A stretch of DNA of 63,845 bases from NCBI GenBank assembly GCA_903945195.1, contig CAJAUT010000019.1:1-63845 (forward strand), in the 5' to 3' direction. This document shows, in pieces, positions 1 through 10,595 of the stretch; the stretch's first letter is position 1; each line of letters opens with the position of its first letter. Made by a program: the position numbers and the translations under genes. This stretch comes from an uncultured bacterium (lineage in GTDB: Bacteria; Patescibacteriota; Microgenomatia; UBA1400; UBA12108). The notes under the pieces were generated by a model. It saw nothing but the letters and a program-made list of their open reading frames with translations, had not been told where the DNA came from and did no database searches.

Positions 1-110
1 ACTTGGAACACCATTTTTTTTGCCATATTAATCTCCAGGTAGCTTAATTGTTTCTGATTATATCCTATCCATCCGTCAAATCACTCGATTTTACCAACGC
101 AAAATGTCAC

Positions 111-326
111 TTAACCCCCATTTACTTTTAAATCATTACGTAGTTCAGAGCGATGAAATACAAACGATTCTTTCTTAAAAAATTTAAGCTTCAATTTCTT
201 AAACTTTTCCGTCAATTTATTTCGCGTCTCTTGGTCTATTACTACACCAACAATAGCAAAGACTTTTGAGTCATCAGAATAATCCGCTTTCCCACACTCA
301 TCAATAAATATAAATGTTCTATCCAT
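111..326 (-). pseudogene. Truncated DUF3800-like protein (N-terminal fragment)
   Basis: Starts with FIFIDECG..D and FAIVGVV, like the DUF3800 N-terminus, but stops after ~71 aa. Confidence 0.45.
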
Positions 327-360
327 CAAATTAAATTATCCTCCTGTGGGGATAATTTAT

Positions 361-1824
361 CTAGATTTCTCCCACTTTACCACTCATCTCATCTCGCCAA
401 AAATCCATCTTGGCTTCAGGCATCAAGAATACTTTATCAGGCTTGAGCTCTTTGATAAATTCTTCGGTGTGAGACACAATGATCATTGTACCTTTATAAG
501 TTTTCAATGCTTCAAGTATCACCCTTTGCGACATAATATCCAAATACGTAGTTGGCTCATCGAGTATGAGCAAATTAGCGTCGGTTGAACAAAGCATAGC
601 TATTGCTAGGCGAGTCTTTTCGCCACCAGATAGTGTCCCCACTTTTTGATGGACCTTGTTGGCAGCAAACCCAAACTTACCTAAAAATGGTCTACAAAAA
701 GATTCCATCCGCTGACATTTGTCGCCAAACAGATTTAGCACCGATTTTTCCATGTCAAAGTTTTCAAATTCCTGAGAGTAATAACCTAGTTTATTCATAG
801 GATTCCACTCTACAATTCCCTCATCAGCCTTCATTTGGCCGATCAAGAGTTTAATAAGCGTCGACTTACCTACTCCATTTGGTCCAAGCATCGCAATTTT
901 TTCTCCTCGTCTAATGGAGAAATTTAAATGCTTCATTACTTGCAGTGTTTCAAAAGATTTGGAGATTGATCTAGCAGTAATCAAAATATCGCCACTTCTA
1001 GCTGGTTCAGGTAGCTGGATCTTGATACTTCGCACTTCAGGAGGCAGCTCGGGCAGTACATCCTTTAGTCTAGCAATGCGCTTTTTCATCACGATCCGCG
1101 CCTCTACTCCGATCACCTTCATTGCATGCTCAAGCTTCTCTATATGCTTCTGTTGTCCATGCACTTGTTTCTTAAATAGATTCTCAGCTTCTTTTTGCAG
1201 TTTAATATATTGAGTGTAATTGCCTTTGTATTCTTCAATGATATGCTTGTGTTTATTTACATACATCACTCTATCTATTGCCTTATCCATTAGCCCCATA
1301 TCATGAGAAATTAGGATCAAAGTCTTTGGATACTGGGCTAGCAGTCCCATCACCCATTTTTTACCCTCGATATCCATAAAGTTTGTCGGCTCATCCAGTA
1401 GCAACGTATCAGGCTCTTTAAAAAGTGCTCGCGCTAAGGCAAACTTGGTTTTTACTCCACCACTATATCCATGAGGTGGAGTGCTTAGATCTACTTCCCC
1501 TACCCCAAGCCCAGCAAATAGTTTGCAAATCTGATGTTCTTCAATAAGTCCGTCAGGATTGATATATTCCATGACCGATTTTGCTTTATCAAGTATTGGA
1601 TCTCGCTTTACTTCTTGTGGCACAAGCTCCATAGTCCCTGAAATTTTTAGCTCCCCTTCATCAGGGTATTCTTCGCCCATAAATAGTTTCAGGAGTGTGG
1701 ATTTGCCAGTTCCATTCTCCCCAACCAGTCCCACTTTTTGCCCGTCTTCAATCCGGAAACTCGCCTCAACCAAAAGAGGTTTCTCACCATAACTAAAACT
1801 AATGTCTGTCGCTCTGATACTCAT
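361..1824 (-). CDS. ABC-F family ATP-binding protein
   Basis: Two ABC cassettes (GENGTGKST and GPNGVGKST; SGG signatures; LLLDEPT), a linker, and no TM segments. Confidence 0.9.
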   Translation of the reverse strand: MSIRATDISFSYGEKPLLVEASFRIEDGQKVGLVGENGTGKSTLLKLFMGEEYPDEGELKISGTMELVPQEVKRDPILDKAKSVMEYINPDGLIEEHQICKLFAGLGVGEVDLSTPPHGYSGGVKTKFALARALFKEPDTLLLDEPTNFMDIEGKKWVMGLLAQYPKTLILISHDMGLMDKAIDRVMYVNKHKHIIEEYKGNYTQYIKLQKEAENLFKKQVHGQQKHIEKLEHAMKVIGVEARIVMKKRIARLKDVLPELPPEVRSIKIQLPEPARSGDILITARSISKSFETLQVMKHLNFSIRRGEKIAMLGPNGVGKSTLIKLLIGQMKADEGIVEWNPMNKLGYYSQEFENFDMEKSVLNLFGDKCQRMESFCRPFLGKFGFAANKVHQKVGTLSGGEKTRLAIAMLCSTDANLLILDEPTTYLDIMSQRVILEALKTYKGTMIIVSHTEEFIKELKPDKVFLMPEAKMDFWRDEMSGKVGEI

Positions 1825-1843
1825 CTGGACATTCTACAGTATA

Positions 1844-2257
1844 TCAAACAAGATCACTACTCTTTTTAATCATCAGTGCCAAGATAAAGGAGATAATCAT
1901 ATCAACCTGGCAGCCTATACATACAGGGCAAATTACATGGAGCATAAATAGCTCGACATATGCGATGTACATACAAAATACTAGTCCAAATGCTGCCATA
2001 GACAACACTAGTTTTTTACTCTTAATAATCGCGCCAAGCAAGATCATGGCATATCCCACGAGTCCATAAATTGGGGTAGGAATCCCTAGAGTCTTAGATA
2101 CTTCGCCTTTTATCACTGCATCACAGTTGACTGTGGCATTGATCGTACATGGGGTCCAAGCAGGCATCGTGATCTGCTCATACATGAGATACGACCCAAG
2201 CATCAGTCCAAATATTGCTAGCACCTTGATCCAGAAATACAGTTTTAAATTAGTCAT
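1844..2257 (-). CDS. Vitamin K epoxide reductase (VKOR) family membrane protein
   Basis: Loop cysteines PCTINATVNC and a CPVC redox motif among TM helices. Confidence 0.85.
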   Translation of the reverse strand: MTNLKLYFWIKVLAIFGLMLGSYLMYEQITMPAWTPCTINATVNCDAVIKGEVSKTLGIPTPIYGLVGYAMILLGAIIKSKKLVLSMAAFGLVFCMYIAYVELFMLHVICPVCIGCQVDMIISFILALMIKKSSDLV

Positions 2258-2274
2258 AGTTAAATCTTACACCA

Positions 2275-2655
2275 TTATTTACTATTTAACATTGCCATTG
2301 TAGCCATTATCATACCTTTCATTCCTCGAATCGAAATCCCAATTTCAAATCCTCTGACTAGCCATCCCAAAGCTATTCCAATAGTGTTTTCAGGCGTATC
2401 CATAGACTGTACTATTGGCTCGGTAAGCATCAATAAAAGCGGCGGTGCTACAAAGCATAAAGCAGACAATAAACCTTCCGTGACAACTTCATCCATCCAG
2501 TTGGGGACATCTTCAGTATCATCATTAGCCCAATCTCTCACTCTATTTATGCCTAAATCAGCTAAATAAATTCCTCCAATAACACCCCCTCCTAAGCTAG
2601 CAAGCCCTACTTTAGCAGTTAAATCACTCATTGACTCAGTCATGTCTATCATCAA
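2275..2655 (-). CDS. Hypothetical membrane protein
   Basis: 126-aa ORF with hydrophobic segments. Confidence 0.5.
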   Translation of the reverse strand: MMIDMTESMSDLTAKVGLASLGGGVIGGIYLADLGINRVRDWANDDTEDVPNWMDEVVTEGLLSALCFVAPPLLLMLTEPIVQSMDTPENTIGIALGWLVRGFEIGISIRGMKGMIMATMAMLNSK

Positions 2656-2691
2656 ATTTAATAATACAGGGTTTTTTGATAAAATATACTT

Positions 2692-3120
2692 ATGGGTTAT
2701 ACAAATAAAGAAATAATTTCAGATGCAGTGGCTTCTGGTGCAAGCGTCCTAGGATTAGTTGGAGATATTGTGTCTCAAACTGGATCTAGACATTCTCTTC
2801 CAGATTTTTACCAAGAGTCAGCTGGTAGCTTCGGTTTTCCATGGCTCATAGTTGTAGGTTCTAACCTACTTGGTGAAGCATGCATAGACAATGGTACTAA
2901 AAATAACAATCAAAAAATGGTAAATACAGGTCATCAATTAAAAGGAATAGGATTAGGTTTAGCTATCGGTTTAGCGTTCATGGTTGAAGCCCAATTTATC
3001 AATCGTCCAGAATTATGGCAAGAAAACGCTCCAGACATGATCGTAGGATTGATTGCTATAACAATAGCAGCGAAAGTAAACAAAATGATCAATAAATCAT
3101 TGTTTCCCAACAACTCTTAA
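2692..3120 (+). CDS. Hypothetical membrane protein
   Basis: 142-aa ORF; TAAAAT lies 6 nt before the ATG. Confidence 0.55.
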   Translation: MGYTNKEIISDAVASGASVLGLVGDIVSQTGSRHSLPDFYQESAGSFGFPWLIVVGSNLLGEACIDNGTKNNNQKMVNTGHQLKGIGLGLAIGLAFMVEAQFINRPELWQENAPDMIVGLIAITIAAKVNKMINKSLFPNNS

Positions 3121-3155
3121 TCGTATTTTAATCTCCTCGTGCTAAACTATTTCTC

Positions 3156-4526
3156 ATGGACAGCTTTACTTTGGTTATTTTTGGCATCACAAGCAATCTA
3201 GCTCAGATCAAGCTCATCCCTACCCTCTACGATCTAGTCGCAGGCGGTGCCATAGACTCTGATTTCTCAGTCATCGGAGTAGGTCGCACACCCATGGACC
3301 AATCTCAGTTCAATAGCTTTATCTCAAAGACCTTGCGCACCCCCAATCGCCACCACACACACTCTATAGATGGAAAAATTGAATCAACTCTGCTAACCAA
3401 ACTACATTACCTCCCAGCCGACCTCACAGATCCAAAAAGTTATGAGCAACTCAAAAACAAAATCACTACCCTAAGACACAAAAATCTCATGATCTATTTG
3501 GCCACCTTCCCCTCCCTCTACAGCACTATCTTCAACGAACTCCACTCTGCAGGTCTAACTACTTCATCTGTAGATTCCTGGACTCGTGTCATGATCGAAA
3601 AGCCAATTGGCTCCGATAGATCATCTGCCGCCGAAGTAAACAATTTGATCACCAAATATTTCAAGGAAAATCAGATCTTTAGACTAGATCACTATCTAGG
3701 AAAAGAAACTCTTCAAAACATTCTTACTTTTAGATTTGGCAATGGCATCCTCGAGCCTCTCATGACCAGTGAGCATATAGATCATATCGAAGTTACGGCC
3801 AGCGAAGATTTTGGCATTGGCAGTCGTGGTAGCTACTACGACCAAAATGGAGCCATCAAAGATGTTGGTCAAAATCATCTACTGCAAATGATTGCCCTAG
3901 CCACCATGGACAAGCCTACAGAGATGTCGAGTGAAGCGATCACCAAAGAGCGAGTCAAAGTATTACAAAACCTAGTTTGTGATCCTAGTTCTCTAGTAAC
4001 CGGACAATATGAGGGATATCTAACAGAAAAAGACGTAGCTCCAAACTCTACGGAAGAAACTTATTTTTCATTCAAAACTATGTTAAACACCGATCGCTTC
4101 CGCGGTGTCCCTATCTATGTCCGAGGTGGTAAATTTCTGGCTCGCACCGCCACCGAAGTTGCGATAATCTTCAAAGATTCTCCAAATGTCCTGATCTATC
4201 GCATCCAACCAAATGAAGGAATCGTGTTAAAAATCATGACCAAAAAACCAGGCCATACACTGGAACTAGAAGAATCCTATATGCAATTTTGCTATCCACA
4301 TGATGTAGATTTGCCAGATGCCTACGAAAAACTCATCATCGATGCGCTCCGTGGCGACCAGACTTATTTCAACGATACAAATGAGGTAGACGCACAGTGG
4401 GCCTTTACCGACCCACTCATTGAGGCCAAACACGGTATGACCCCTGCCATCTATGCCAAAGGTTCTTGGGGACCAAAAGACGATATCAACTGGCTCGAAC
4501 CCTCAACAGCCTTTTGTTCAATCTAA
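3156..4526 (+). CDS. zwf: Glucose-6-phosphate 1-dehydrogenase
   Basis: IFGITSNLA, IEKPIG, RLDHYLGKE and QNHLLQ motifs. Confidence 0.95.
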   Translation: MDSFTLVIFGITSNLAQIKLIPTLYDLVAGGAIDSDFSVIGVGRTPMDQSQFNSFISKTLRTPNRHHTHSIDGKIESTLLTKLHYLPADLTDPKSYEQLKNKITTLRHKNLMIYLATFPSLYSTIFNELHSAGLTTSSVDSWTRVMIEKPIGSDRSSAAEVNNLITKYFKENQIFRLDHYLGKETLQNILTFRFGNGILEPLMTSEHIDHIEVTASEDFGIGSRGSYYDQNGAIKDVGQNHLLQMIALATMDKPTEMSSEAITKERVKVLQNLVCDPSSLVTGQYEGYLTEKDVAPNSTEETYFSFKTMLNTDRFRGVPIYVRGGKFLARTATEVAIIFKDSPNVLIYRIQPNEGIVLKIMTKKPGHTLELEESYMQFCYPHDVDLPDAYEKLIIDALRGDQTYFNDTNEVDAQWAFTDPLIEAKHGMTPAIYAKGSWGPKDDINWLEPSTAFCSI

Positions 4527-4548
4527 CTTGATAAACCTGACGAACTTT

Positions 4549-5427
4549 TTACTTTTTACTTACTAGGTGCCCACCAAACTTGCCCCTCATCGCCGAAACA
4601 GTTTTGTCCCGGAAGCTCTCGGACTCTTTAGTTGAACGCTTTCTTACTTCAAGTGATTCCTTGATGATTGGCACTTCTATTCCTAGTTCTTTTGCAGCAT
4701 CCACTGTCCACTCACCTTCCCCAGTATGGTCAATTTTAGAAGAAATCATATCTAGATTTGGATCCTCAGCTAGCGCTTCCTGTGTCCAGCCCACGAGCCT
4801 CGATACTATCACCGAATTGTGGTTGTACAGCTCAAATACCTCTGCCATGTCATACTCAAACTCACTAGCTTTTAGTACTGCTGCTCCTTCTGCAATAGCC
4901 TGCATCATGCCGTATTCAATACCGTTGTGCACCATCTTAGCAAAATGGCCAGCTCCAGTTTTCCCAAAATATTTAAAAGAATTCGGCGCAGACACTGCCA
5001 CCCACAATGGCATTAGTTCTTCAAATTTTGCTTTGTCACCTCCAATTAGCAAACACGCCCCGTCTCTTGCCCCTTTAGGTCCCCCCGATACTCCTATGTC
5101 CATATATCCGATTCCATCTTTCTTTAGATCTTCGACTCTGCGGATATCATCTTTGTAATTAGAATTTGCCCCATCAATTATCAAATCACCTGCAGATAGC
5201 AAAGGACGGACCTTTGTTATCATCTCATCCACGATCGTCCCGGCTGGTAGCATGAGCCATATCACTCTTTTGCCAGGATCCAGCTGCTTGATCATCTCCT
5301 CCACGCTATCTACATTTGAGACTTCATTTGGCGTTCTATTCCATGAGAGCACCTCTATTCCCTTTTCTCGCATGGACAACACTAGTCCTTTACCCATTTT
5401 CCCTAGACCTACAAATCCTATTTTCAT
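4549..5427 (-). CDS. gnd: Decarboxylating 6-phosphogluconate dehydrogenase (short type)
   Basis: GLGKMG, GVSGG and KMVHNGIEYG motifs; C-terminal FGGH. Confidence 0.93.
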   Translation of the reverse strand: MKIGFVGLGKMGKGLVLSMREKGIEVLSWNRTPNEVSNVDSVEEMIKQLDPGKRVIWLMLPAGTIVDEMITKVRPLLSAGDLIIDGANSNYKDDIRRVEDLKKDGIGYMDIGVSGGPKGARDGACLLIGGDKAKFEELMPLWVAVSAPNSFKYFGKTGAGHFAKMVHNGIEYGMMQAIAEGAAVLKASEFEYDMAEVFELYNHNSVIVSRLVGWTQEALAEDPNLDMISSKIDHTGEGEWTVDAAKELGIEVPIIKESLEVRKRSTKESESFRDKTVSAMRGKFGGHLVSKK

Positions 5428-5454
5428 ATCTTTAGTTTACTCCATGCATATTAA

Positions 5455-6429
5455 CTAATGATTAAGACTAGCAAAAAATTCTAGATCCCGCATCACCACG
5501 CTGTCCCAATTAGGTTTCATATTATGATCAGCCCCTGGGTACACAAAATAATTTACCGTCTTTTCTTTACCTTTTAAAGCTTTGGAGAGATTATCACTCC
5601 ACACTTTAGGCACCGCCTCGTCCAAGGATCCTTGATGGATCTGAATGGGTATATTGATCCAGTCTAGATATCTATCTATCGAATAGTTAAACACGTCATA
5701 CTCTTTTTCAAACTCAGATATTTGTCCACGTAGCCACTTACCGCTATCGCTAGCATCATCGGTATAGTAAAGAATATTGTACGGAAATGGCTTACTTACC
5801 GGCGCCCACAATGTCACCGCTTTTACCTGCGAGGACTGTCCTTGCAGGCTCGGTTCCCTTTTACCCAAAATTTCGGCTACCGAGATCATGATCTGCCCAC
5901 CGTTTGAGTGTCCCCATAGAAATATCGGGAGTTTCGTCGTGGCCTGCACACTCGCAATCATATCGAGTATCTCAACAGGCTTTACTAGCCTAGCCCCTAG
6001 CGCACTTTCATCTTCTGGATCAGATTCCCCGTATCCAGAAAAATCGGGAGCATAGGTAGTGTAGCCACGTTCACTAAAATATTTCGCAGCATTGTGAGTC
6101 CCTATCCCCGTTCGATATCCCTCTTTCTCCACATACCCCCTCGCCATCACCACTACACCTACATGGTCGGACCCTACAGGCCTATTTGTCTCTCCGCTAA
6201 TCCTTCTACCCTCACTCTTGAAATAAAATTTATTTCCCACAACCTCGATCTTGCTCACTACTCCCCCGCGTTTAGCCAGATTCTCAAAACTATACTTCTC
6301 ATATGGCTTCTCTTTTATCACTTCCTCACCCTTTGGAGTTAGTAGATCCTCTCCTCGGCCGGCAATTCCCCACCATAGCCCTACAACCACAAAAACAAAA
6401 AATATGACCAGGCTAATTTTTGATCGCAC
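5455..6429 (-). CDS. Membrane-anchored alpha/beta hydrolase (S9-like)
   Basis: N-terminal TM, GHSNGG nucleophile elbow, D..VP and ADH motifs. Confidence 0.8.
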   Translation of the reverse strand: MRSKISLVIFFVFVVVGLWWGIAGRGEDLLTPKGEEVIKEKPYEKYSFENLAKRGGVVSKIEVVGNKFYFKSEGRRISGETNRPVGSDHVGVVVMARGYVEKEGYRTGIGTHNAAKYFSERGYTTYAPDFSGYGESDPEDESALGARLVKPVEILDMIASVQATTKLPIFLWGHSNGGQIMISVAEILGKREPSLQGQSSQVKAVTLWAPVSKPFPYNILYYTDDASDSGKWLRGQISEFEKEYDVFNYSIDRYLDWINIPIQIHQGSLDEAVPKVWSDNLSKALKGKEKTVNYFVYPGADHNMKPNWDSVVMRDLEFFASLNH

Positions 6430-7843
6430 GGGTCCTACCCCCTTTATCCTCTAGGTGATATCCCAGCTTTTCGATATCTTGCCTTATCTTGTCAGCTTCA
6501 TCATAATTTCTCATCTTGCGCATGTTCTCCCTCTGTTCTATCAGCTTCTCGATATTTTCTGGGATTGCAGCACCATCTTTACTGATAGGTTTATCAAGTT
6601 GTAAACCTAGTACTCGATCAAACTGCATCATCATGTCTACCTTGTCATAATTTGGGATATTAGATTTAGCCATTTCCCATAGGACGGCTAGAGCCTCACT
6701 CATATTCAAATCATTTTCTATGGCCGCTGTAAATTTATTCTGAAAAGCCTCGATTTTCTCCATCTTTTCTTCCGACAAGCTCACCCTCTCCACCCCGTCT
6801 ACCTTGGTGTTTTGGTAAAGCTCTCTAAGCTTGGTCAAAGCAGTTGCGGCTGAAGCAAGACTATCCCAGGTAAAGTTGATTTGTTTACGATAATGCCCTG
6901 TCAGATAAAAATAGCGTAACGCGAGAGGATCTATGCCTTTAGCAGCTATGTCTGCGATCGTGTAAGCATTGCCTAGCGACTTGCCCATACGACCTCCATC
7001 AACTAGCAGGAATGCCCCGTGCACCCAAGTCTTTACAAAAGGTTTCTTGCCCGTTGCCCCTTCTGCCTGAGCGATCTCATTTGGGTGGTGAGTACTACGC
7101 AAATCTTCGCCTCCAGCATGGATATCAAACTGGTCACCCAGATATTTGGTAGACATAGCGGAACACTCTATATGCCAGCCGGGAAATCCTACTCCCCATG
7201 GGGACTCCCACTCCATCTGACGCTTGGTGCCATCAGAGGGTGAAAATTTCCACAAAGCAAAATCTCGTGGATTCTTTTTCTCTGGATTAGGCTCTAGTCG
7301 TGCCCCTTTCTTCATCTCATCTAGATTAGATAGCTCGCCGTATGTAAAACCCTTTGCCTCAAATGCTAAGGTATCAAAGTATATGCCATCTGATATTTTG
7401 TAAGTCAAACCATTGCTTTCTAGCTGTTGCACCATCACGATCTGTTCAGGGATATGATCCGTTGCTTTACATACGACCGTTGGCATCTCGATATTCATCA
7501 TCTTCATCTGAGCCATAAACTCATCGCTATATCCTTTGGCAATATCCCAAGCCGTCTTACCTTCTTTTTTAGAAGCTTTTTCTAGTCTATCTTCACCCTG
7601 ACTACTATCTCCCTCATTATCCCCGGTGAGGTGTCCTACATCAGTCAGATTCATCACTAGTTTGACTTCGTAGCCTACATACCTTAGCGCTCTAGCCAGT
7701 ACATCAGACAATGTGTAAGTACGAAAATTGCCGATGGTCGCAGTTGAATAAACAGTTGGACCGCAAGTGTACATCCCAATCTTGCCAGCCTCTATAGGAA
7801 CAATCTCTTCTACCTGTCTACTGAGTGAGTTATATAGTTTCAT
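6413..7843 (-). CDS. cysS: Cysteine--tRNA ligase
   Basis: [24 protein letters not shown] and RMGKSLGN (KMSKS variant). Confidence 0.97.
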   Translation of the reverse strand: MKLYNSLSRQVEEIVPIEAGKIGMYTCGPTVYSTATIGNFRTYTLSDVLARALRYVGYEVKLVMNLTDVGHLTGDNEGDSSQGEDRLEKASKKEGKTAWDIAKGYSDEFMAQMKMMNIEMPTVVCKATDHIPEQIVMVQQLESNGLTYKISDGIYFDTLAFEAKGFTYGELSNLDEMKKGARLEPNPEKKNPRDFALWKFSPSDGTKRQMEWESPWGVGFPGWHIECSAMSTKYLGDQFDIHAGGEDLRSTHHPNEIAQAEGATGKKPFVKTWVHGAFLLVDGGRMGKSLGNAYTIADIAAKGIDPLALRYFYLTGHYRKQINFTWDSLASAATALTKLRELYQNTKVDGVERVSLSEEKMEKIEAFQNKFTAAIENDLNMSEALAVLWEMAKSNIPNYDKVDMMMQFDRVLGLQLDKPISKDGAAIPENIEKLIEQRENMRKMRNYDEADKIRQDIEKLGYHLEDKGGRTRAIKN

Positions 7844-7858
7844 ATCTGTATCTTACCA

Positions 7859-8359
7859 TTAGCCAGCACCCCACGCCTTGTTTTCTGCGCTTGCCTCTCC
7901 TTTAGCTGCTTTAAGCCCGATATCTTCCTGCTGCTTCTTCTGGAACTCAAACTCTTTCTTTTGTTCCTCTTTCTTCTCTTCGACCTTCTTCCTTTGCTCT
8001 TCTTTTTGCTCAAACTCCATCCTGGCTTTCTGCATCCCACCCTCGATAGTCGTATCAAGTCCCCACTCTCGCACGAGCTTGCCGCGAATCATCGCTAGTT
8101 CTTTATCATCTTTTTGACCAGACAAATCTTGGTACTTAGTGAAGTCATCTTGATTTGCAAACCCAGCTTTATGTAGATCTGCCATTGGATCAGCCTGCCC
8201 GCCTGACTGCGAAGCTGTCGGCTGGGCTGGAGTTTGCCCTTTTTCGTTCTGCTGTCCCACCGCGTCCTTTATCACCTCCATGGGCTCGCTCACCACAGTC
8301 TTTACAATGTGCTTACCCAGTCCAGCTAAATTTTGTCCCACGTTTTGCCAAATACCCAT
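7859..8359 (-). CDS. Hypothetical protein with charged coiled-coil C-terminus
   Basis: 166-aa ORF with TATAGT upstream. Confidence 0.65.
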   Translation of the reverse strand: MGIWQNVGQNLAGLGKHIVKTVVSEPMEVIKDAVGQQNEKGQTPAQPTASQSGGQADPMADLHKAGFANQDDFTKYQDLSGQKDDKELAMIRGKLVREWGLDTTIEGGMQKARMEFEQKEEQRKKVEEKKEEQKKEFEFQKKQQEDIGLKAAKGEASAENKAWGAG

Positions 8360-8426
8360 ACATATAACTATACCCTATGTATTAAAGGTTTGATCTTGTA
8401 GGTTGCAAGCTAATTCAAAACCTACT

Positions 8427-8478
8427 AGGTCAGACCTTGAAGGTGTATTTCAAATATTTTGAAGACCAGGTCAGACCC
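8427..8478. repeat. REP-like AGGTCWGACC palindromes (two copies)
   Basis: aggtcagacct at 8427-8437 and aggtcagaccc at 8468-8478; the motif recurs near 15227, 15270, 40795, 40866, 54828 and 54876. Confidence 0.7.
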
Positions 8479-8490
8479 TAAAGGATATTT

Positions 8491-8703
8491 TTACCCCAGC
8501 TTCATCTTCGCAAGAACCAATAGAAGCACGATGATCGTCGTAAACAAAAAGGTCTTGATCAAATCTTTGACCACGTATTCACTGGATAAATAGCTAAATT
8601 CATTTGCATCTTTGATGGCTGTGCGCTCACTCGCTGCAATACTAAAATTTTTCAATCTATATCCACTTTCGATCTTTTCTGCTCTTGTTTTGTTACGCGC
8701 CAT
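8491..8703 (-). CDS. Small protein with C-terminal TM helix
   Basis: 70 aa, directly after the upstream stop; hydrophobic tail. Confidence 0.6.
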   Translation of the reverse strand: MARNKTRAEKIESGYRLKNFSIAASERTAIKDANEFSYLSSEYVVKDLIKTFLFTTIIVLLLVLAKMKLG

Positions 8704-8704
8704 A

Positions 8705-9304
8705 CTACTTTAAAGTTTCTTCGTAATCTTTATCAGCCTGCATTTCATTCTCGATCAATTTACGCAAAAATACAGCTCTTGGAATTCGTTTTTTCTGAGC
8801 TACCCAATCTAGATATCTTCCAATTTGCGGAGAGATGAAAAAGTTAAACCTTACATCTTGCGTAGCCAAAGCATAATCAAAAGCATTTGCCAAAACTTGC
8901 TCGAGATCATATGTAGTATAAGGCAGGATAGTCAATTTATCGTCTACCCTTCCCCTAAGAAAAAATGGATCTCTGCCAGATTTATACAATGCAATCACTG
9001 GCTTACCTAAATCTAGGGCATATGTGAGCTCATGACCTACATTCGCCGTGGAAGGATACGAAGTCTCAACGACTACAACATCCGCCTCTCTTACTTTTGA
9101 GATAGATTCTTTATACCACTCTTCTCTTTTCTTTTGATCTTCTACAAAATTGGCAGTGTCATGTTTTTTATCAAATAAAGTTCCAGAATAAACTGTATAA
9201 CCTCTATCATCTAAAACCTTTTTAATACGGTTGTAGAATTCACTCAGCTCACTTGCCTGAGAGTGTGATGCAACAAAAGCTACTTTCATATTATTTTCCT
9301 CCAA
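8705..9304 (-). CDS. Nucleoside 2-deoxyribosyltransferase-like domain fused to a C-terminal ribbon-helix-helix
   Basis: ADVVVVETSYPSTANVGHELTYAL..GKPV (NDT/Rcl-like); VRFNFFISP...RAVFLRKLI (RHH-like). Confidence 0.7.
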   Translation of the reverse strand: MEENNMKVAFVASHSQASELSEFYNRIKKVLDDRGYTVYSGTLFDKKHDTANFVEDQKKREEWYKESISKVREADVVVVETSYPSTANVGHELTYALDLGKPVIALYKSGRDPFFLRGRVDDKLTILPYTTYDLEQVLANAFDYALATQDVRFNFFISPQIGRYLDWVAQKKRIPRAVFLRKLIENEMQADKDYEETLK

Positions 9305-9306
9305 TA

Positions 9307-9819
9307 TCAGTATTCTATCAGATTATTAAATTCTTCAATTATTTCAACATCTGATTTGTCTATATTTCGTAAAACTTTATGAGGGATTTTTGGAGCTTCA
9401 AATTCAGCCCATACAAACTCAAAAACATTCTCATCTACTACATGGTCTTCTTTTTTCATTCTCTTGCGCATTCTTTCGAAGGCAATATCTCTAGATGCAT
9501 GGATCATAATATACTCAATTTGAGAATCAAAATATTTCATAAATTCTGATCTATTTTTTTCTTTTGTAAATGCCTCAGCAATCACCAAATCTTTAGAGCT
9601 ATTAGTAGACAACATATGCTGGACTGTCATTATCAGTTTTTTTACAAATCTATCTCTCACAGTCTGATCATACTTACCACTCTCTAGCAGATATCGAAGC
9701 TCATCGTCATTTGAATATATCGTGTCCGCATCAAAAAAATGCCACTTTTTATGCTTGGCAAGCAATCCTCCGATATAAGTCTTGCCTACCCCGGGTGGAC
9801 CAAAAAGCACATATATCAT
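9307..9819 (-). CDS. P-loop small-molecule kinase (gluconate/shikimate kinase-like)
   Basis: GPPGVGKT, FFDAD, and a lid region R..R..H...FEAP. Confidence 0.7.
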   Translation of the reverse strand: MIYVLFGPPGVGKTYIGGLLAKHKKWHFFDADTIYSNDDELRYLLESGKYDQTVRDRFVKKLIMTVQHMLSTNSSKDLVIAEAFTKEKNRSEFMKYFDSQIEYIMIHASRDIAFERMRKRMKKEDHVVDENVFEFVWAEFEAPKIPHKVLRNIDKSDVEIIEEFNNLIEY

Positions 9820-9828
9820 AAGGAAATT

Positions 9829-10425
9829 TTACAATACTCGTCTAGTCCCAAACGCATGTACTAGCGTCTGATCATCTGCATATTCTATCTCAACACCTGT
9901 AGGAAGTCCACGACCTATCCGACTAATCTTCACTTTCGTGCCAGAAAGTGCTTGCTGTATATACAGGGCCGTTGCCTCTCCTTCGAGGCTAGTATTGGTC
10001 GCAAGCACCACTTCGTCGATACCGCCTCTATTTACTCTTTTGACCAAAGTATCAATATAAAGCTCGTCAGGTCCTACATTGTTTAAGGGTGAAATAGATC
10101 CGTGCAGTACATGATAAACACCTTTGTAACTGCCAGACTTTTCGATCGCTATCACATCTTGAAAAGATTCAACCACACATACCTGCGACTGATCACGAGT
10201 GGAATCAGCGCAGATACTACACTGCTCTTGGTCAGTCAGATTGTGGCAAATAGTACAGATCTTCGTCATTTTCTTGAGATTCGACACCGACGTCGCAAAC
10301 ATATCTAGATCTCGCTGTGGTACACGAAGTAGGTAAAATGCGAGCCTCTGTGCCGACCTATGCCCTATTCCAGGCAACTTCTCAAAACTATTTGTTAGAT
10401 CTTCTACGACTTTTGGTAAACGCAT
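9829..10425 (-). CDS. recR: Recombination protein RecR
   Basis: LPGIG HhH, C4 zinc finger, TOPRIM (EGEATA). Confidence 0.96.
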   Translation of the reverse strand: MRLPKVVEDLTNSFEKLPGIGHRSAQRLAFYLLRVPQRDLDMFATSVSNLKKMTKICTICHNLTDQEQCSICADSTRDQSQVCVVESFQDVIAIEKSGSYKGVYHVLHGSISPLNNVGPDELYIDTLVKRVNRGGIDEVVLATNTSLEGEATALYIQQALSGTKVKISRIGRGLPTGVEIEYADDQTLVHAFGTRRVL

Positions 10426-10450
10426 ATAGGATATTGTATCTATCTAGTAT

Positions 10451-10588
10451 GTGAGCCACAAGGTGCAGGTGAATATCACAGTCAAAAAAAATTGCGCAGG
10501 CCGGGCAGGTCGAGAACTAGGCCAATTTTTCAACAGAAAATATGGCCGATTTTTTGCGTGATGTACACCGAACCTAAAGTGCGAACAC
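10451..10588. repeat. Structured intergenic motif family A, copy 1
   Basis: Shares TCACAGTCAAAAAA and TTTTTTGCGTGATG plus covarying stems with 36697-36837. Confidence 0.7.
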
Positions 10589-10595
10589 GATTGTT

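Noticed and set aside
1..79. Minus-strand gene start at 26 (MAKKMVFQ...) with a TTGACG/TATAAT promoter
   Set aside because: Only 8 codons are in the window and the hexamer spacing is 11 nt, so neither product nor promoter can be supported.
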